A stretch of 64,000 bases of DNA from the NCBI GenBank assembly GCA_040954595.2, contig CM082589.2, forward strand, positions 11,792,894-11,856,893, in the 5' to 3' direction. Shown piece after piece: positions 23,401 to 35,200 of the stretch. Each line of letters begins with the position of its first letter. Within the stretch, counting starts at the first letter, position 1. The position numbers and the translations under genes are program-made. This stretch comes from Balanoglossus misakiensis (lineage: Eukaryota > Animalia > Hemichordata). The notes beneath the pieces were generated by a model, which saw only the letters and a program-made list of their open reading frames with translations, was not told the DNA's origin and did no database searches.

Positions 23401-24548
23401 TTCACAATGTCCAGTCTCTCGCGCGTATCAGTTACCACAGTGCAATTTGACGCGAAGTGTGACCCTTTGCAGAACGGGCACGTTTTGACAGGGGCGCGAA
23501 AATTCTGTTTACCTGTCATCTGCGTTTTCGTGTGAAACGCGGTTATTTCCGGTTCTCTGGTAGTGGCCATTGTTATCTCGTCGACCCGGTTGCCGGCTTG
23601 AAGGGCGTTTATCTCGTGTTGAATGGCTTTTCGTAGATCTGGTAATGTCCACGCAGCATTACCATGTTTTCTTGCTATCTGCTCTCGAATGTTAGGAGGT
23701 AATTTCTCCCGTATTATTGGAACCAAAAGTTCGCCGTATGTGGTTTCCTCCTTACCCAGCGACTGAAGACCTCGAACGTGATTTTCAATCGAGTCGTAGA
23801 AATGCCTTAAACTTTGTACGTCGGCGGTTGGGCTTTGTAGATTCCACAACGCGGTCATATGAGCATCTACTATGAGATGGGTTTGTCCGTATCTTTCGGT
23901 CAATAAGTCAATCGCGTGCGTGAGTGGCAATCCGTTGATTGTTCTCGCTGCGTCATCTTTGAGTACACTCCGCAAATACGTAAACTTCTGAATGTTGTCC
24001 AAATTAGTGTCCGAAGGTATCGAAGACTTGAATACATCGAAGAAACTCGACCATTCTATTACATTGCCTGAGAAAGTTTGCAGCTGGAGTTTCGGTAGAG
24101 TTACTGTTTTACGAGGCGTCGCGTTGCCGAGGCTGCTTCCCGTTACATTACCAGTACTAGTAGTAGTTGTCCGCATCTCCGATTTGTTTTTCTTGATGAA
24201 AGATGCGATGCGATGATTGTGTTCGAAGATTTCGGCGTGGTAGTCGCCTGAAGTTTCATTTTCTTCGTCAAAGTGTTCATCGTCAATTAGATCGAGGATT
24301 CTCACCTCGAGGTTGGCGAGTAGACGGATCTTGTTCGAAAGTTGTTCGTTCAGCCCTTCCAGCGTGTCGAGTGTAGTCGGCTTGTCTGTACCGACGTCTA
24401 CGAAATTGTTCATGAGGGTGTCGGCCCGGTTGAACAGTCGGGTCACTTGTGCGCGTTGACCACGACGCGATCTCTTCAGTTTTGTCAACGCTGTTGGCTG
24501 ATCCTCTTGTTGTCCATCTTGTGGCGCGATGTGTTCTTGTTCCGACAT
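17499..24548 (-). pseudogene. BEL/Pao gag-pol polyprotein (gag with CCHC knuckles, aspartic protease, RT, RNase H, integrase), disrupted
   Basis: Motifs include LPKLQL..FSG, CPFC..H..C, CFNCFGKH..C, LFDEGA, YLPHRPV, DIEKAF, YVDN, HAFADAS, GVDFTG, SDNAS and PWFGGFWERL. It is broken by the LINE insertion (20306-21742) and a TGA at 18798, which is Ser in copy B. Confidence 0.95.
20306..21742 (-). mobile_element. 5'-truncated non-LTR retrotransposon (CR1/L2-like RT fragment) nested in the BEL RT domain
   Basis: The RT ORF has QHGF..RSTTTNL, DFSKAFD, GVPQGSLLGPLLF, YADD and KDLGI, and the minus strand ends in a (TAAA)n tail. Copy B has the empty site CTGCAGTATCAACT. TAT is a possible 3-bp TSD. 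Confidence 0.9.
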
Positions 24549-25514
24549 CTTGCTCGGTTATCCTGGTCTCGGCACCAAAAATGTGGGGAAGTATCGTGGC
24601 AGTGATCAATACTCCCGGGAGGGGGTTCGAGTATACTGACGTCGGAAAAGAAGCGAACGATTCAGTGCTAGGTAAAACACTGGTTTATTACCATCTGAAT
24701 CCAACAACAAAGTAACACCACAGAGCTCCTTACAAAAAGCTGCCCGAAATCGCCAAAACTGGGTTATATATAAGTCCCACGAACGCCGGAGCAAACACTC
24801 AAAAATTACAATAAATCTGCTACAAGTATAAAGTTTGGCGGGAAACAAAGTCAACTCTGATAGGGTAAGAGTTTCCGTCACGTGATCCTTCTGGAGTAAA
24901 TCTCTCACTTCTCCATACAAATTGTGGCTAAAATTGTTATTTTCGTGTTGAATGCCGCCAGTGTCACTGCTTTTAAAAGTCATAAAAACTTTCAACATAC
25001 AAGCAATTGTTTATATATGATCAGGTCACCGAATTATAAAAATGAAGAATGTTTGCCTAAAAATGACCTTTTTGGTGCAAAAACGAATAAAACGCAATTT
25101 TGTATTAAATCAGCTCATTCAGAGTGCATTTTTTATAATCAGCACCATTTTTACATATAATGGAAATTTCATACATCATCAGATATCCAAATATGAAAAA
25201 ATGATTTAGATTTTAGATGATTGTCCAAAATTAGCTGATATCTAATAAATGTAGTATTGAACCGTTCTGTCCCCCCCCCTACATTATATGCGGTACGCCG
25301 ATGTCAGCTTACCCGGCAGTACTGCAGGCCGTGCCCCCAACTAACGTCGCTGTTTGAAACGGCCTGTTTAAATTCGGGCTTTCTCTATAAATTGACAGGC
25401 AATAATGCAGTCCTACCCGAACAAATGTCGAGTGTTGACCCGCTGTGACTTTCCCTCTTCGGTTTGCCCGACTTAGCCAACGTCTTTGTACTAGAGTGTC
25501 GGTTCTTTTGCAGA

Positions 25515-26360
25515 GCCAGGCCGAAAGAAATCCGACTTGATCACCGTTGCTAACGAACGCTAGTGTCTGTCATGGTGTGCCGGGGTTTTAGTCGAGCCAG
25601 GCCGTACAAGATCTGACTTGATCATCGTGGTCTATGTAAGCGTGTTTCCGCTCTAAAGTGCCGGGGTTTCAGCTAAACCAGGCCGTAGGAAATCCGACGT
25701 AATCACCGTTGATAACTTACGACAGTCTGTGTCATATAGAGCCGGTGCACCAGCCGAGTCACGCCGTAGGAAATCTGACTTGATCAACGTGGTCAATGTA
25801 CGCCTGTTTCTGCTCTAGAGTGCCGGGGCTTCAGCTGAGCCAGGCCGTAGGAAACCCGACGTGATTACCGTTGTTAACTTACGCCAGTCTGTGTCCTATA
25901 TATAGTGCCGGGGCATCAGCCGTGCCAGGCCGAAGGAAATGTGAGTAGATCAACGTGGTCTCTGTACTCGTGTTTCTGCTCTAGAGTGTCAGGGCTTTAG
26001 CAAAGCCATGCCGTAGGAAATCTGTCTTGATCAACGTTGCTAACGAACGCTAGTGTCTGTCATAGTGTGCCGGGGTTTTTAGTCGAGCCAAGCCGTAGGA
26101 GATCAGACTTGATCAACGTGGTCTCTGTACGCGTGTTTCTGCTCTAGAGTGCCGGGGCTTTATCCAAGCCATGCCGTAGAAAATCTGACTTGATCACCGT
26201 TGCTAACGTACGCTAGTGTCTGTCATATTGTGACGGAGATTTAGTCGAGCCAGGCCGTAGAAAAATCGACTTGTTCAACGTTACCAGTGTGCAACTGTTT
26301 CTGCTCTAGAGTGTAAGGGTTTTAGCCGACTTATGCTGTAGGAAATCTGAGTTGATGAAC
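25515..26360 (+). repeat. Example 81-bp subrepeat array (alternating A/B monomers, ~162-bp dimer) within one satellite unit
   Basis: GCCG(T/A)AGGA(A/G)AT... recurs every 81 bp, with one 85-bp variant containing TATATATA. Type A carries GTGGTC..TGTACGCGTGTTTCTGCTCTAGAG and type B carries GTTG.TAAC..ACGC.AGT.TCTGTCAT. Confidence 0.9.
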
Positions 26361-28439
26361 GGGAATTCAATGTTAGAAAACCCGTGTGGAAAGTATCTCT
26401 ACCCGTTTGAAACTAAGAAAAGAATTTATTCTTATTTATTTTGTAAAAAAACAATTTTTCGAAAAAAAGTCGAAAATGGTAATTTTGTCTTGGGTGATTC
26501 AAATTATACCACCTTTTCTGGAATTTGCAGCACTTTTTACAAGAGAACGACACTTCATGCTCCATAATATTTCCGAAAATGAAGAAAAGAGTTTATTTTT
26601 TATGATTTTTTAAAAATTTACCATTTTTGTCAAAATATGGCCAAAATGGCTATTTTTTCTTGAATTCCGTCAATATCTCTGCATTTTTGGAGTGGTCGAA
26701 ACTTTTAACATACAATCAACATGTCGTTATGATCCCAGCACCAAATTCGAAGAACAAAGGTTTTTTTATTTTTTTTTCTAAAAATGACATTTTCAAGGAA
26801 AATTTGGTAAAACGCAATTGTGTCTGCAGTGAGCCAAATTAGACGATCTTTTGTGGAATTTGTATCGATATATACATACGAAGAGCATTCTATACTCCAT
26901 CAGATTTCCGAAAATGTAGAAAACAGGTATTTTTTGTAATTTTCAAAATTTTTCCATTTTGACCAAATTGTGCTTAAATTGTTATTTTCGTGTTGAATGC
27001 CGCCAGTGTCACTGATTTTAAAAGTCATAAAAACTTTTAACATACAAGCAATTCTTTATATATGATCAGGTCACCGAATTAAAAAAATAAAGAATGTTTT
27101 GCCTAAAAATGACCTTTTAGGTGCAAAAACGAATAAAACGTAATTTTGTATTAAATCAGCTCATTCAGAGTGCATTTTTTATAATCAGCAATATTTTTAC
27201 ATATAATGGAAATTTCATACATCATCAGATATCCAAATATGAAAAAATGATTTAGATTTTAGATGATTGTCCAAAATTAGCTGTTATCTAATAAATGTAT
27301 TATTGAACCGTTCTGTTTGCCCCCCCCCCCTACATTATATGCGGTACGCCGATGTCAGCTTACCCGGCAGTACTGCAGGCCGTGCCCCCAACTAACGTCG
27401 GTGTTTGAAACGCCCTGGTTAAATTCGGGCTTTCTCTATAAATTGACAGGCAATAATGCAGTCCCACCCGAACAAATGTCGAGTGTTGACCAGCTGTGAC
27501 TTTCCCTCTTCGGTTTGCCCGACTTAGCCAACGTCTTTGTACTAGAGTGTCGGGTCTTTTGCAGAGCCAGGCCGAAGGAAATCCGACTTGATCACCTTTG
27601 CTAACGAACGCTAGTGTCTGTCATGGTGTGCCGGGGTTTTAGTCGAGCCAGGCTGTAGGAGATCTGACTTGATCATCGTGGTCAATGTACGCGTGTTTCC
27701 GCTCTAAAGTGCCGGGGCTTCAGCTAAACCAGGCCGTAGGAAATCCGACGTAATCACCATTGATAACTTACGCCAGTCAGTGTCATATAGAGCCGGTGCA
27801 CCAGCCGAGTCACGCCGTAGGAAATCTGACTTGATCAACGTGGTCAATGTACGCCTGTTTCTGCTCTAGAGTGCCGGGGCTTCAGCTGAGCCAGGCCGTA
27901 GGAAACCCGACGTGATTACCGTTGTTAACTTACGCCAGTCTGTGTCCTATATATAGTGCCGGGGCATCAGCCGTGCCAGGCCGTAGGAAATCTGACTTGA
28001 TCAACGTTGCTAACGAACGCTAGTGTCTGTCATAGTGTGCCGGGGTTTTAGTCGAGCCAAGCCGTAGGAGATCAGACTTGATCAACGTGGTCTCTGTACG
28101 CGTGTTTCTGCTCTAGAGTGCCGGGGCTTTATCCAACCCATGCCGTAGAAAATCTGACTTGATCACCGTTGCTAACGTACGCTAGTGTCTGTCATATTGT
28201 GACGGAGATTTAGCCGAACCAGGCCGTAGAAAAATCGACTTGTTCAACGTTACCAGTGTGCAACTGTTTCTGCTCTAGAGTGTCATGGTTTTAGCCGACT
28301 TATGCTGTAGGAAATCTGAGTTGATGAACGGGAATTCAATGTTAGAAAACCCGTGTGGAAAGTATCTCTACCCGTTTGAAACTAAGAAAAGAATTTATTC
28401 TTATTTATTTTGTAAAAAAGACAATTTTTCGAAAAAAAG

Positions 28440-29260
28440 TCGAAAATGGTAATTTTGTCTTGGGTGATTCAAATTATACCACCTTTTCTGGAATTTGCAG
28501 CACTTTTTACAAGAGAACGACACTTCATGCTCCATAATATTTCCGAAAATGAAGAAAAGAGTTAATTGTTTAAGATTTTTTTAAAATGTATCATTTTGTC
28601 AAAATATGGCCAAAATGGCTATTTTTTCTTGAATTCCGTCAATATCTCTGCATTTTTGGAGTGGTCGAAAGTTTTAACATACAATCAACATGTCGTATAT
28701 GATCAGGGCACCAAATTCGAAGAAGAAAGGTTTTTTTATTTTATTTTTCTAAAAATGACATTTTCAAGGAAAATTTGGTAAAACGCAATTTTGTCTGCAG
28801 TGAGCCAAATTAGACGGTCTTTTGTGGAATTTGTATCGATATATACATACGAAGAGCATTCTATACTCCATCAGATTTCCGAAAATGTAGAAAACAGGTA
28901 TTTTTTGTAATTTTCAAAAATTTACCATTTTGACCAAATTGTGGCTAAAATTGTTATTTTCGTGTTGAATGCCGCCAGTGTCACTGCTTTTAAAAGTCAT
29001 GAAAACTTTTAACATACAAGCAATTGTTTATATATGATCAGGTCACCGAATTAAAATTATAAAGAATGTTTTGACTAAAAATGACCTTTTTGGTGCAAAA
29101 ACGAATAAAACGCAATTTTGTATTAAATCAGCTCATTCAGAGTGCATTTTTTATAATCAGCACCATTTTTACATATAATGGAAATTTCATACATCATCAG
29201 ATATCCAAATATGAAAAAATGATTTAGATTTTAGATGATTGTCCAAAATTAGCTGATATC
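28440..29260 (+). repeat. Example AT-rich block made of ~2.5 diverged ~330-bp repeats
   Basis: AATTTTGT recurs at 28451, 28787 and 29114. The motifs ATTTCCGAAAATG, TTTTAACATACAA and ATATGATCAGG.CACC.AATT are repeated in parallel at a ~330-bp period. Confidence 0.85.
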
Positions 29261-32200
29261 TAATAAATGTAGTATTGAACCGTTCTGTCCCCCCCCCCCC
29301 TACATTGTATGCGGTACGCCGATGTCAGCTTACCCGGCAGTACTGCAGGCCGTGCCCCCAACTAACGTCGGTGTTTGAAACGGCCTGTTTAAATTCGGGC
29401 TTTCTCTATAAATTGACAGGCAATAATGCAGTCCTACCCGAACAAATGTCGAGTGTTGACCCGCTGTGACTTTCCCTCTTCGGTTTGCCCGACTTAGCCA
29501 ACGTCTTTGTACTAGAGAGTCGGTTCTTTTGCAGAGCCAGGCCGAAAGAAATCCGACTTGATCACCGTTGCTAACGAACGCTAGTGTCTGTCATGGTGTG
29601 CCGGGGTTTTAGTCGAGCCAGGCTGTAGGAGATCTGACTTGATCATCGTGGTCAATGTACGCGTGTTTCCGCTCTAAAGTGCCGGGGCTTCAGCTAAACC
29701 AGGCCGTAGGAAATCCGACGTAATCACCGTTGATAACTTACGCCAGTCTGTGTCATATAGAGCCGGTGCACTAGCCGAGTCACGCCGTAGGAAATCTGAC
29801 TTGATCAACGTGGTCAATGTACGCCTGTTTCTGCTCTAGAGTGCCGGGGCTTCAGCTGAGCCAGGCCGTAGGAAACCCGACGTGATTACCGTTGTTAACT
29901 TACGCCAGTCTGTGTCCTATATATAGTGCCGGGGCATCAGCCGTGCCAGGCCGAAGGAAATGTGAGTAGATCAACGTGGTCTCTGTACGCGTGTTTCTGC
30001 TCTAGAGTGCTGGGGCTTTATCCAAGCCATGCCGTAGAAAATCTGACTTGATCACCGTTGCTAACGTTTGCTAGTGTCTGTCATATTGTGACGGAGATTT
30101 AGCCGAGCCAGGCCATAGAAAAATCGACTTGTTCAACGTTACCAGTGTGCAACTGTTTCTGCTCTAGAGTGTCAGGGTTTTAGCCGACTTATGCTGTAGG
30201 AAATCTGAGTTGATGAACGGGAATTCAATGTTAGAAAACCCGTGTGGAAAGTATCTCTACCCGTTTGAAACTAAGAAAAGAATTTATTCTTATTTATTTT
30301 GTAAAAAAGACAATTTTTCGAAAAAAAGTCGAAAATGGTAATTTTGTCTTGGGTGATTCAAATTATACCGCCTTTTCTGGAATTTGCAGCACTTTTTACA
30401 AGAGAACGACACTTCATGCTCCATAATATTTCCGAAAATGAAGAAAAGAGTTAATTTTTTATGATTATTTAAAAATTTACCATTTTTGTCAAAATATGGC
30501 CAAAATGGCTATTTTTTCTTGAATTCCGTCAATATCTCTGCATTTTTGGAGTGGTCGAAAGTTTTAACATACAATCAACATATCATATATGATCAGGGCA
30601 CCAAATTCGAAGAACAAAGGTTTTTTTCTTTCTTTTTTCTTCTAAAAATGACATATTCAAGGAAAATTTGGTAAAACGCAATTTTGTCTGCAGTGAGCCA
30701 AATTAGACGGTCTTTTGTGGAATTTGTATCGATATATACATACGAAGAGCATTCTATACTCCATCAGATTTCCGAAAATGTAGAAAACAGGTATTTTTTG
30801 TAATTTTCAAAAATTTACCATTTTGACCAAATTGTGGCTAAAATTGTTATTTTCGTGTTGAATGCCGCCAGTGTCACTGCTTTTAAAAGTCATAAAAACT
30901 TTTAACATACAAGCAATTGTTTATATATGATCAGGTCACCGAATTAAAAAAATAAAGAATGTTTTGCCTAAAAATGACCTTTTTGGTGCAAAAATGAATA
31001 AAACGCAATTTTGTATTAAATCAGAATGCATTTTGTATAATCAGCACCATTTTTACATATAATGGAAATTTCATACATCATCAGATATCCAAATATGAAA
31101 AAAATGATTTAGATTTTAAATGATCGTCCAAAATTAGCTGATATCTAATAAATGTAGTATTGAACCGTTCTGTTCCCCCCCCCTACATTATATGCGGTAC
31201 GCCGATGTCAGCTTACCCGGCAGTACTGCAGGCCGTGCCCCCAACTAACGTCGGTGTTTGAAACGCCCTGGTTAAATTTGGGCTTTCTCTATAAATTGAC
31301 AGGCAATAATGCAGTCCTACCCGAACAAATGTCAAGTGTTGAACCGCTGTGACTTTCCCTCTTCGGTTTGCCCGACTTAGCCAACGTCTTTGTACTAGAG
31401 TGTCGGGTCTTTTGCAGAGCCAGGCCGACGGAAATCCGACTTGATCACCGTTGCTAACGAACGCTAGTGTCTGTCATGGTGTGCCGGGGTTTTAGTCGAG
31501 CCAGGCCGTAGGAGATCTGACTTGATCATCGTGGTCAATGTACGCGTGTTTCCGCTCTAAAGTGCCGGGGATTCAGCTAAACCAGGCCGTAGGAAATCCT
31601 ACGTAATCACCGTTGATAACTTACGCCAGTCTGTGTCATATAGTGCCGGTGCACCAGCCGAGTCACGCCGTAGAAAATCTGACTTGATCAACGTGGTCAA
31701 TGTACGCCTGTTTCTGCTCTAGAGTGCCGGGGCTTCAGCTGAGCCAGGCCGTAGGAAACCCGACGTGATTACCGTTGTTAACTTACGCCAGTCTGTGTCC
31801 TATATATAGTGCCGGGGCATCAGCCGTGCCAGGCCGTAGGAAATCTGACTTGATCAACGTTGCTAACGAACGCTAGTGTCTGTCATAGTGTGCCGGGGTT
31901 TTAGTCGAGCCAAGCCGTAGGAGATCAGACTTGATCAACGTGGTCTCTGTACGCGTGTTTCTGCTCTAGAGTGCCGGGGCTTTATCCAACCCATGCCGTA
32001 GAAAATCTGACTTGATCACCGTTGCTAACGTACGCTAGTGTCTGTCATATTGTGACGGAGATTTAGCCGAACCAGGCCGTAGAAAAATCGACTTGTTCAA
32101 CGTTACCAGTGTGCAACTGTTTCTGCTCTAGAGTGTCAGGGTTTTAGCCGACTTATGCTGTAGGAAATCTGAGTTGATGAACGGGAATTCAATGTTAGAA

Positions 32201-35200
32201 AACCCGTGTGGAAAGTATCTCTACCCGTTTGAAACTAAGAAAAGAATTTATTCTTATTTATTTTGTAAAAAAGACAATTTTTCGAAAAAAAGTCGAAAAT
32301 GGTAATTTTGTCTTGGGTGATTCAAATTATACCACCTTTTCTGGAATTTGCAGCACTTTTTACAAGAGAACGACACTTCATGCTCCATAATATTTCCGAA
32401 AATGAAGAAAAGAGTTAATTGTTTAAGATTTTTTAAAAATGTACCATTTTGTCAAAATATGGCCAAAATGGCTATTTTTTCTTGAATTCCGTCAATATCT
32501 CTGCATTTTTGGAGTGGTCGAAAGTTTTAACATACAATCAACATGTCGTATATGATCAGGGCACCAAATTCGAAGAAGAAAGGTTTTTTTATTTTATTTT
32601 TCTAAAAATGACATTTTCAAGGAAAATTTGGTAAAACGCAATTTTGTCTGCAGTGAGCCAAATTAGACGGTCTTTTGTGGAATTTGTATCGATATATACA
32701 TACGAAGAGCATTCTATACTCCATCAGATTTCCGAAAATGTAGAAAACAGGTATTTTTTGTAATTTTCAAAAATTTACCATTTTGACCAAATTGTGGCTA
32801 AAATTGTTATTTTCGTGTTGAATGCCGCCAGTGTCACTGCTTTTAAAAGTCATGAAAACTTTTAACATACAAGCAATTGTGTATATATGATCAGGTCACC
32901 GAATTAAAATTATAAAGAATGTTTTGACTAAAAATGACCTTTTTGGTGCAAAAACGAATAAAACGCAATTTTGTATTAAATCAGCTCATTCAGAGTGCAT
33001 TTTTTATAATCAGCACCATTTTTACATATAATGGAAATTTCATACATCATCAGATATCCAAATATGAAAAAATGATTTAGATTTTAGATGATTGTCCAAA
33101 ATTAGCTGATATCTAATAAATGTAGTATTGAACCGTTCTGTCCCCCCCCCCTACATTATATGCGGTACGCCGATGTCAGCTTACCCGGCAGTACTGCAGG
33201 CCGTGCCCCCAACTAACGTCGGTGTTTGAAACGGCCTGTTTAAATTCGGGCTTTCTCTATAAATTGACAGGCAATAATGCAGTCCTACCCGAACAAATGT
33301 CGAGTGTTGACCCGCTGTGACTTTCCCTCTTCGGTTTGCCCGACTTAGCCAACGTCTTTGTACTAGAGTGTCGGGTCTTTTGCAGAGCCAGGCCGACGGA
33401 AATCCGACTTGATCACCGTTGCTAACGAACGCTAGTGTCTGTCATGGTGTGCCGGGGTTTTAGTCGAGCCAGGCCGTAGGAGATCTGACTTGATCATCGT
33501 GGTCAATGTACGCGTGTTTCCGCTCTAAAGTGCCGGGGATTCAGCTAAACCAGGCCGTAGGAAATCCTACGTAATCACCGTTGATAACTTACGCCAGTCT
33601 GTGTCATATAGTGCAGGTGCACCAGCCGAGTCACGCCGTAGAAAATCTGACTTGATCAACGTGGTCAATGTACGCCTGTTTCTGCTCTAGAGTGCCGGGG
33701 CTTCAGCTGAGCCAGGCCGTAGGAAACCCGACGTGATTACCGTTGTTAACTTACGCCAGTCTGTGTCCTATATATAGTGCCGGGGCATCAGCCGTGCCAG
33801 GCCGTAGGAAATCTGACTTGATCAACGTTGCTAACGAACGCTAGTGTCTGTCATAGTGTGCCGGGGTTTTAGTCGAGCCAAGCCGTAGGAGATCAGACTT
33901 GATCAACGTGGTCTCTGTACGCGTGTTTCTGCTCTAGAGTGCCGGGGCTTTATCCAACCCATGCCGTAGAAAATCTGACTTGATCACCGTTGCTAACGTA
34001 CGCTAGTGTCTGTCATATTGTGACGGAGATTTAGCCGAACCAGGCCGTAGAAAAATCGACTTGTTCAACGTTACCAGTGTGCAACTGTTTCTGCTCTAGA
34101 GTGTCAGGGTTTTAGCCGACTTATGCTGTAGGAAATCTGAGTTGATGAACGGGAATTCAATGTTAGAAAACCCGTGTGGAAAGTATCTCTACCCGTTTGA
34201 AACTAAGAAAAGAATTTATTCTTATTTATTTTGTAAAAAAGACAATTTTTCGAAAAAAAGTCGAAAATGGTAATTTTGTCTTGGGTGATTCAAATTATAC
34301 CACCTTTTCTGGAATTTGCAGCACTTTTTACAAGAGAACGACACTTCATGCTCCATAATATTTCCGAAAATGAAGAAAAGAGTTAATTGTTTAAGATTTT
34401 TTAAAAATGTACCATTTTGTCAAAATATGGCCAAAATGGCTATTTTTTCTTGAATTCCGTCAATATCTCTGCATTTTTGGAGTGGTCGAAAGTTTTAACA
34501 TACAATCAACATGTCGTATATGATCAGGGCACCAAATTCGAAGAAGAAAGGTTTTTTTATTTTATTTTTCTAAAAATGACATTTTCAAGGAAAATTTGGT
34601 AAAACGCAATTTTGTCTGCAGTGAGCCAAATTAGACGGTCTTTTGTGGAATTTGTATCGATATATACATACGAAGAGCATTCTATACTCCATCAGATTTC
34701 CGAAAATGTAGAAAACAGGTATTTTTTGTAATTTTCAAAAATTTACCATTTTGACCAAATTGTGGCTAAAATTGTTATTTTCGTGTTGAATGCCGCCAGT
34801 GTCACTGCTTTTAAAAGTCATGAAAACTTTTAACATACAAGCAATTGTGTATATATGATCAGGTCACCGAATTAAAATTATAAAGAATGTTTTGACTAAA
34901 AATGACCTTTTTGGTGCAAAAACGAATAAAACGCAATTTTGTATTAAATCAGCTCATTCAGAGTGCATTTTTTATAATCAGCACCATTTTTACATATAAT
35001 GGAAATTTCATACATCATCAGATATCCAAATATGAAAAAATGATTTAGATTTTAGATGATTGTCCAAAATTAGCTGATATCTAATAAATGTAGTATTGAA
35101 CCGTTCTGTCCCCCCCCCCCCCTACATTATATGCGGTACGCCGATGTCAGCTTACCCGGCAGTACTGCAGGCCGTGCCCCCAACTAACGTCGGTGTTTGA

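Larger units (their letters stand above)
16992..24917 (-). mobile_element. BEL/Pao LTR retrotransposon, family 1, copy A
   Basis: It has 336-bp LTRs at 16992-17327 and 24582-24917 and a 5-bp TSD CAAAT (16987-16991 and 24918-24922). The PBS TGGTGCCGAGACCAGGAT is tRNA-His/Phe-like, and a PPT GCGGGGGAGAA abuts the 3' LTR. The internal region is gag-pol. Confidence 0.97.

Noticed and set aside
21627-24548. 973-aa and 396-aa ORFs as a novel LTR/LINE fusion gene
   Set aside because: Copy B shows the empty site, so this is a plain LINE insertion truncating BEL RT in a different frame.
17611-24715. Antisense ORFs overlapping BEL gag-pol
   Set aside because: These are shadow ORFs of the coding strand with no independent motifs.
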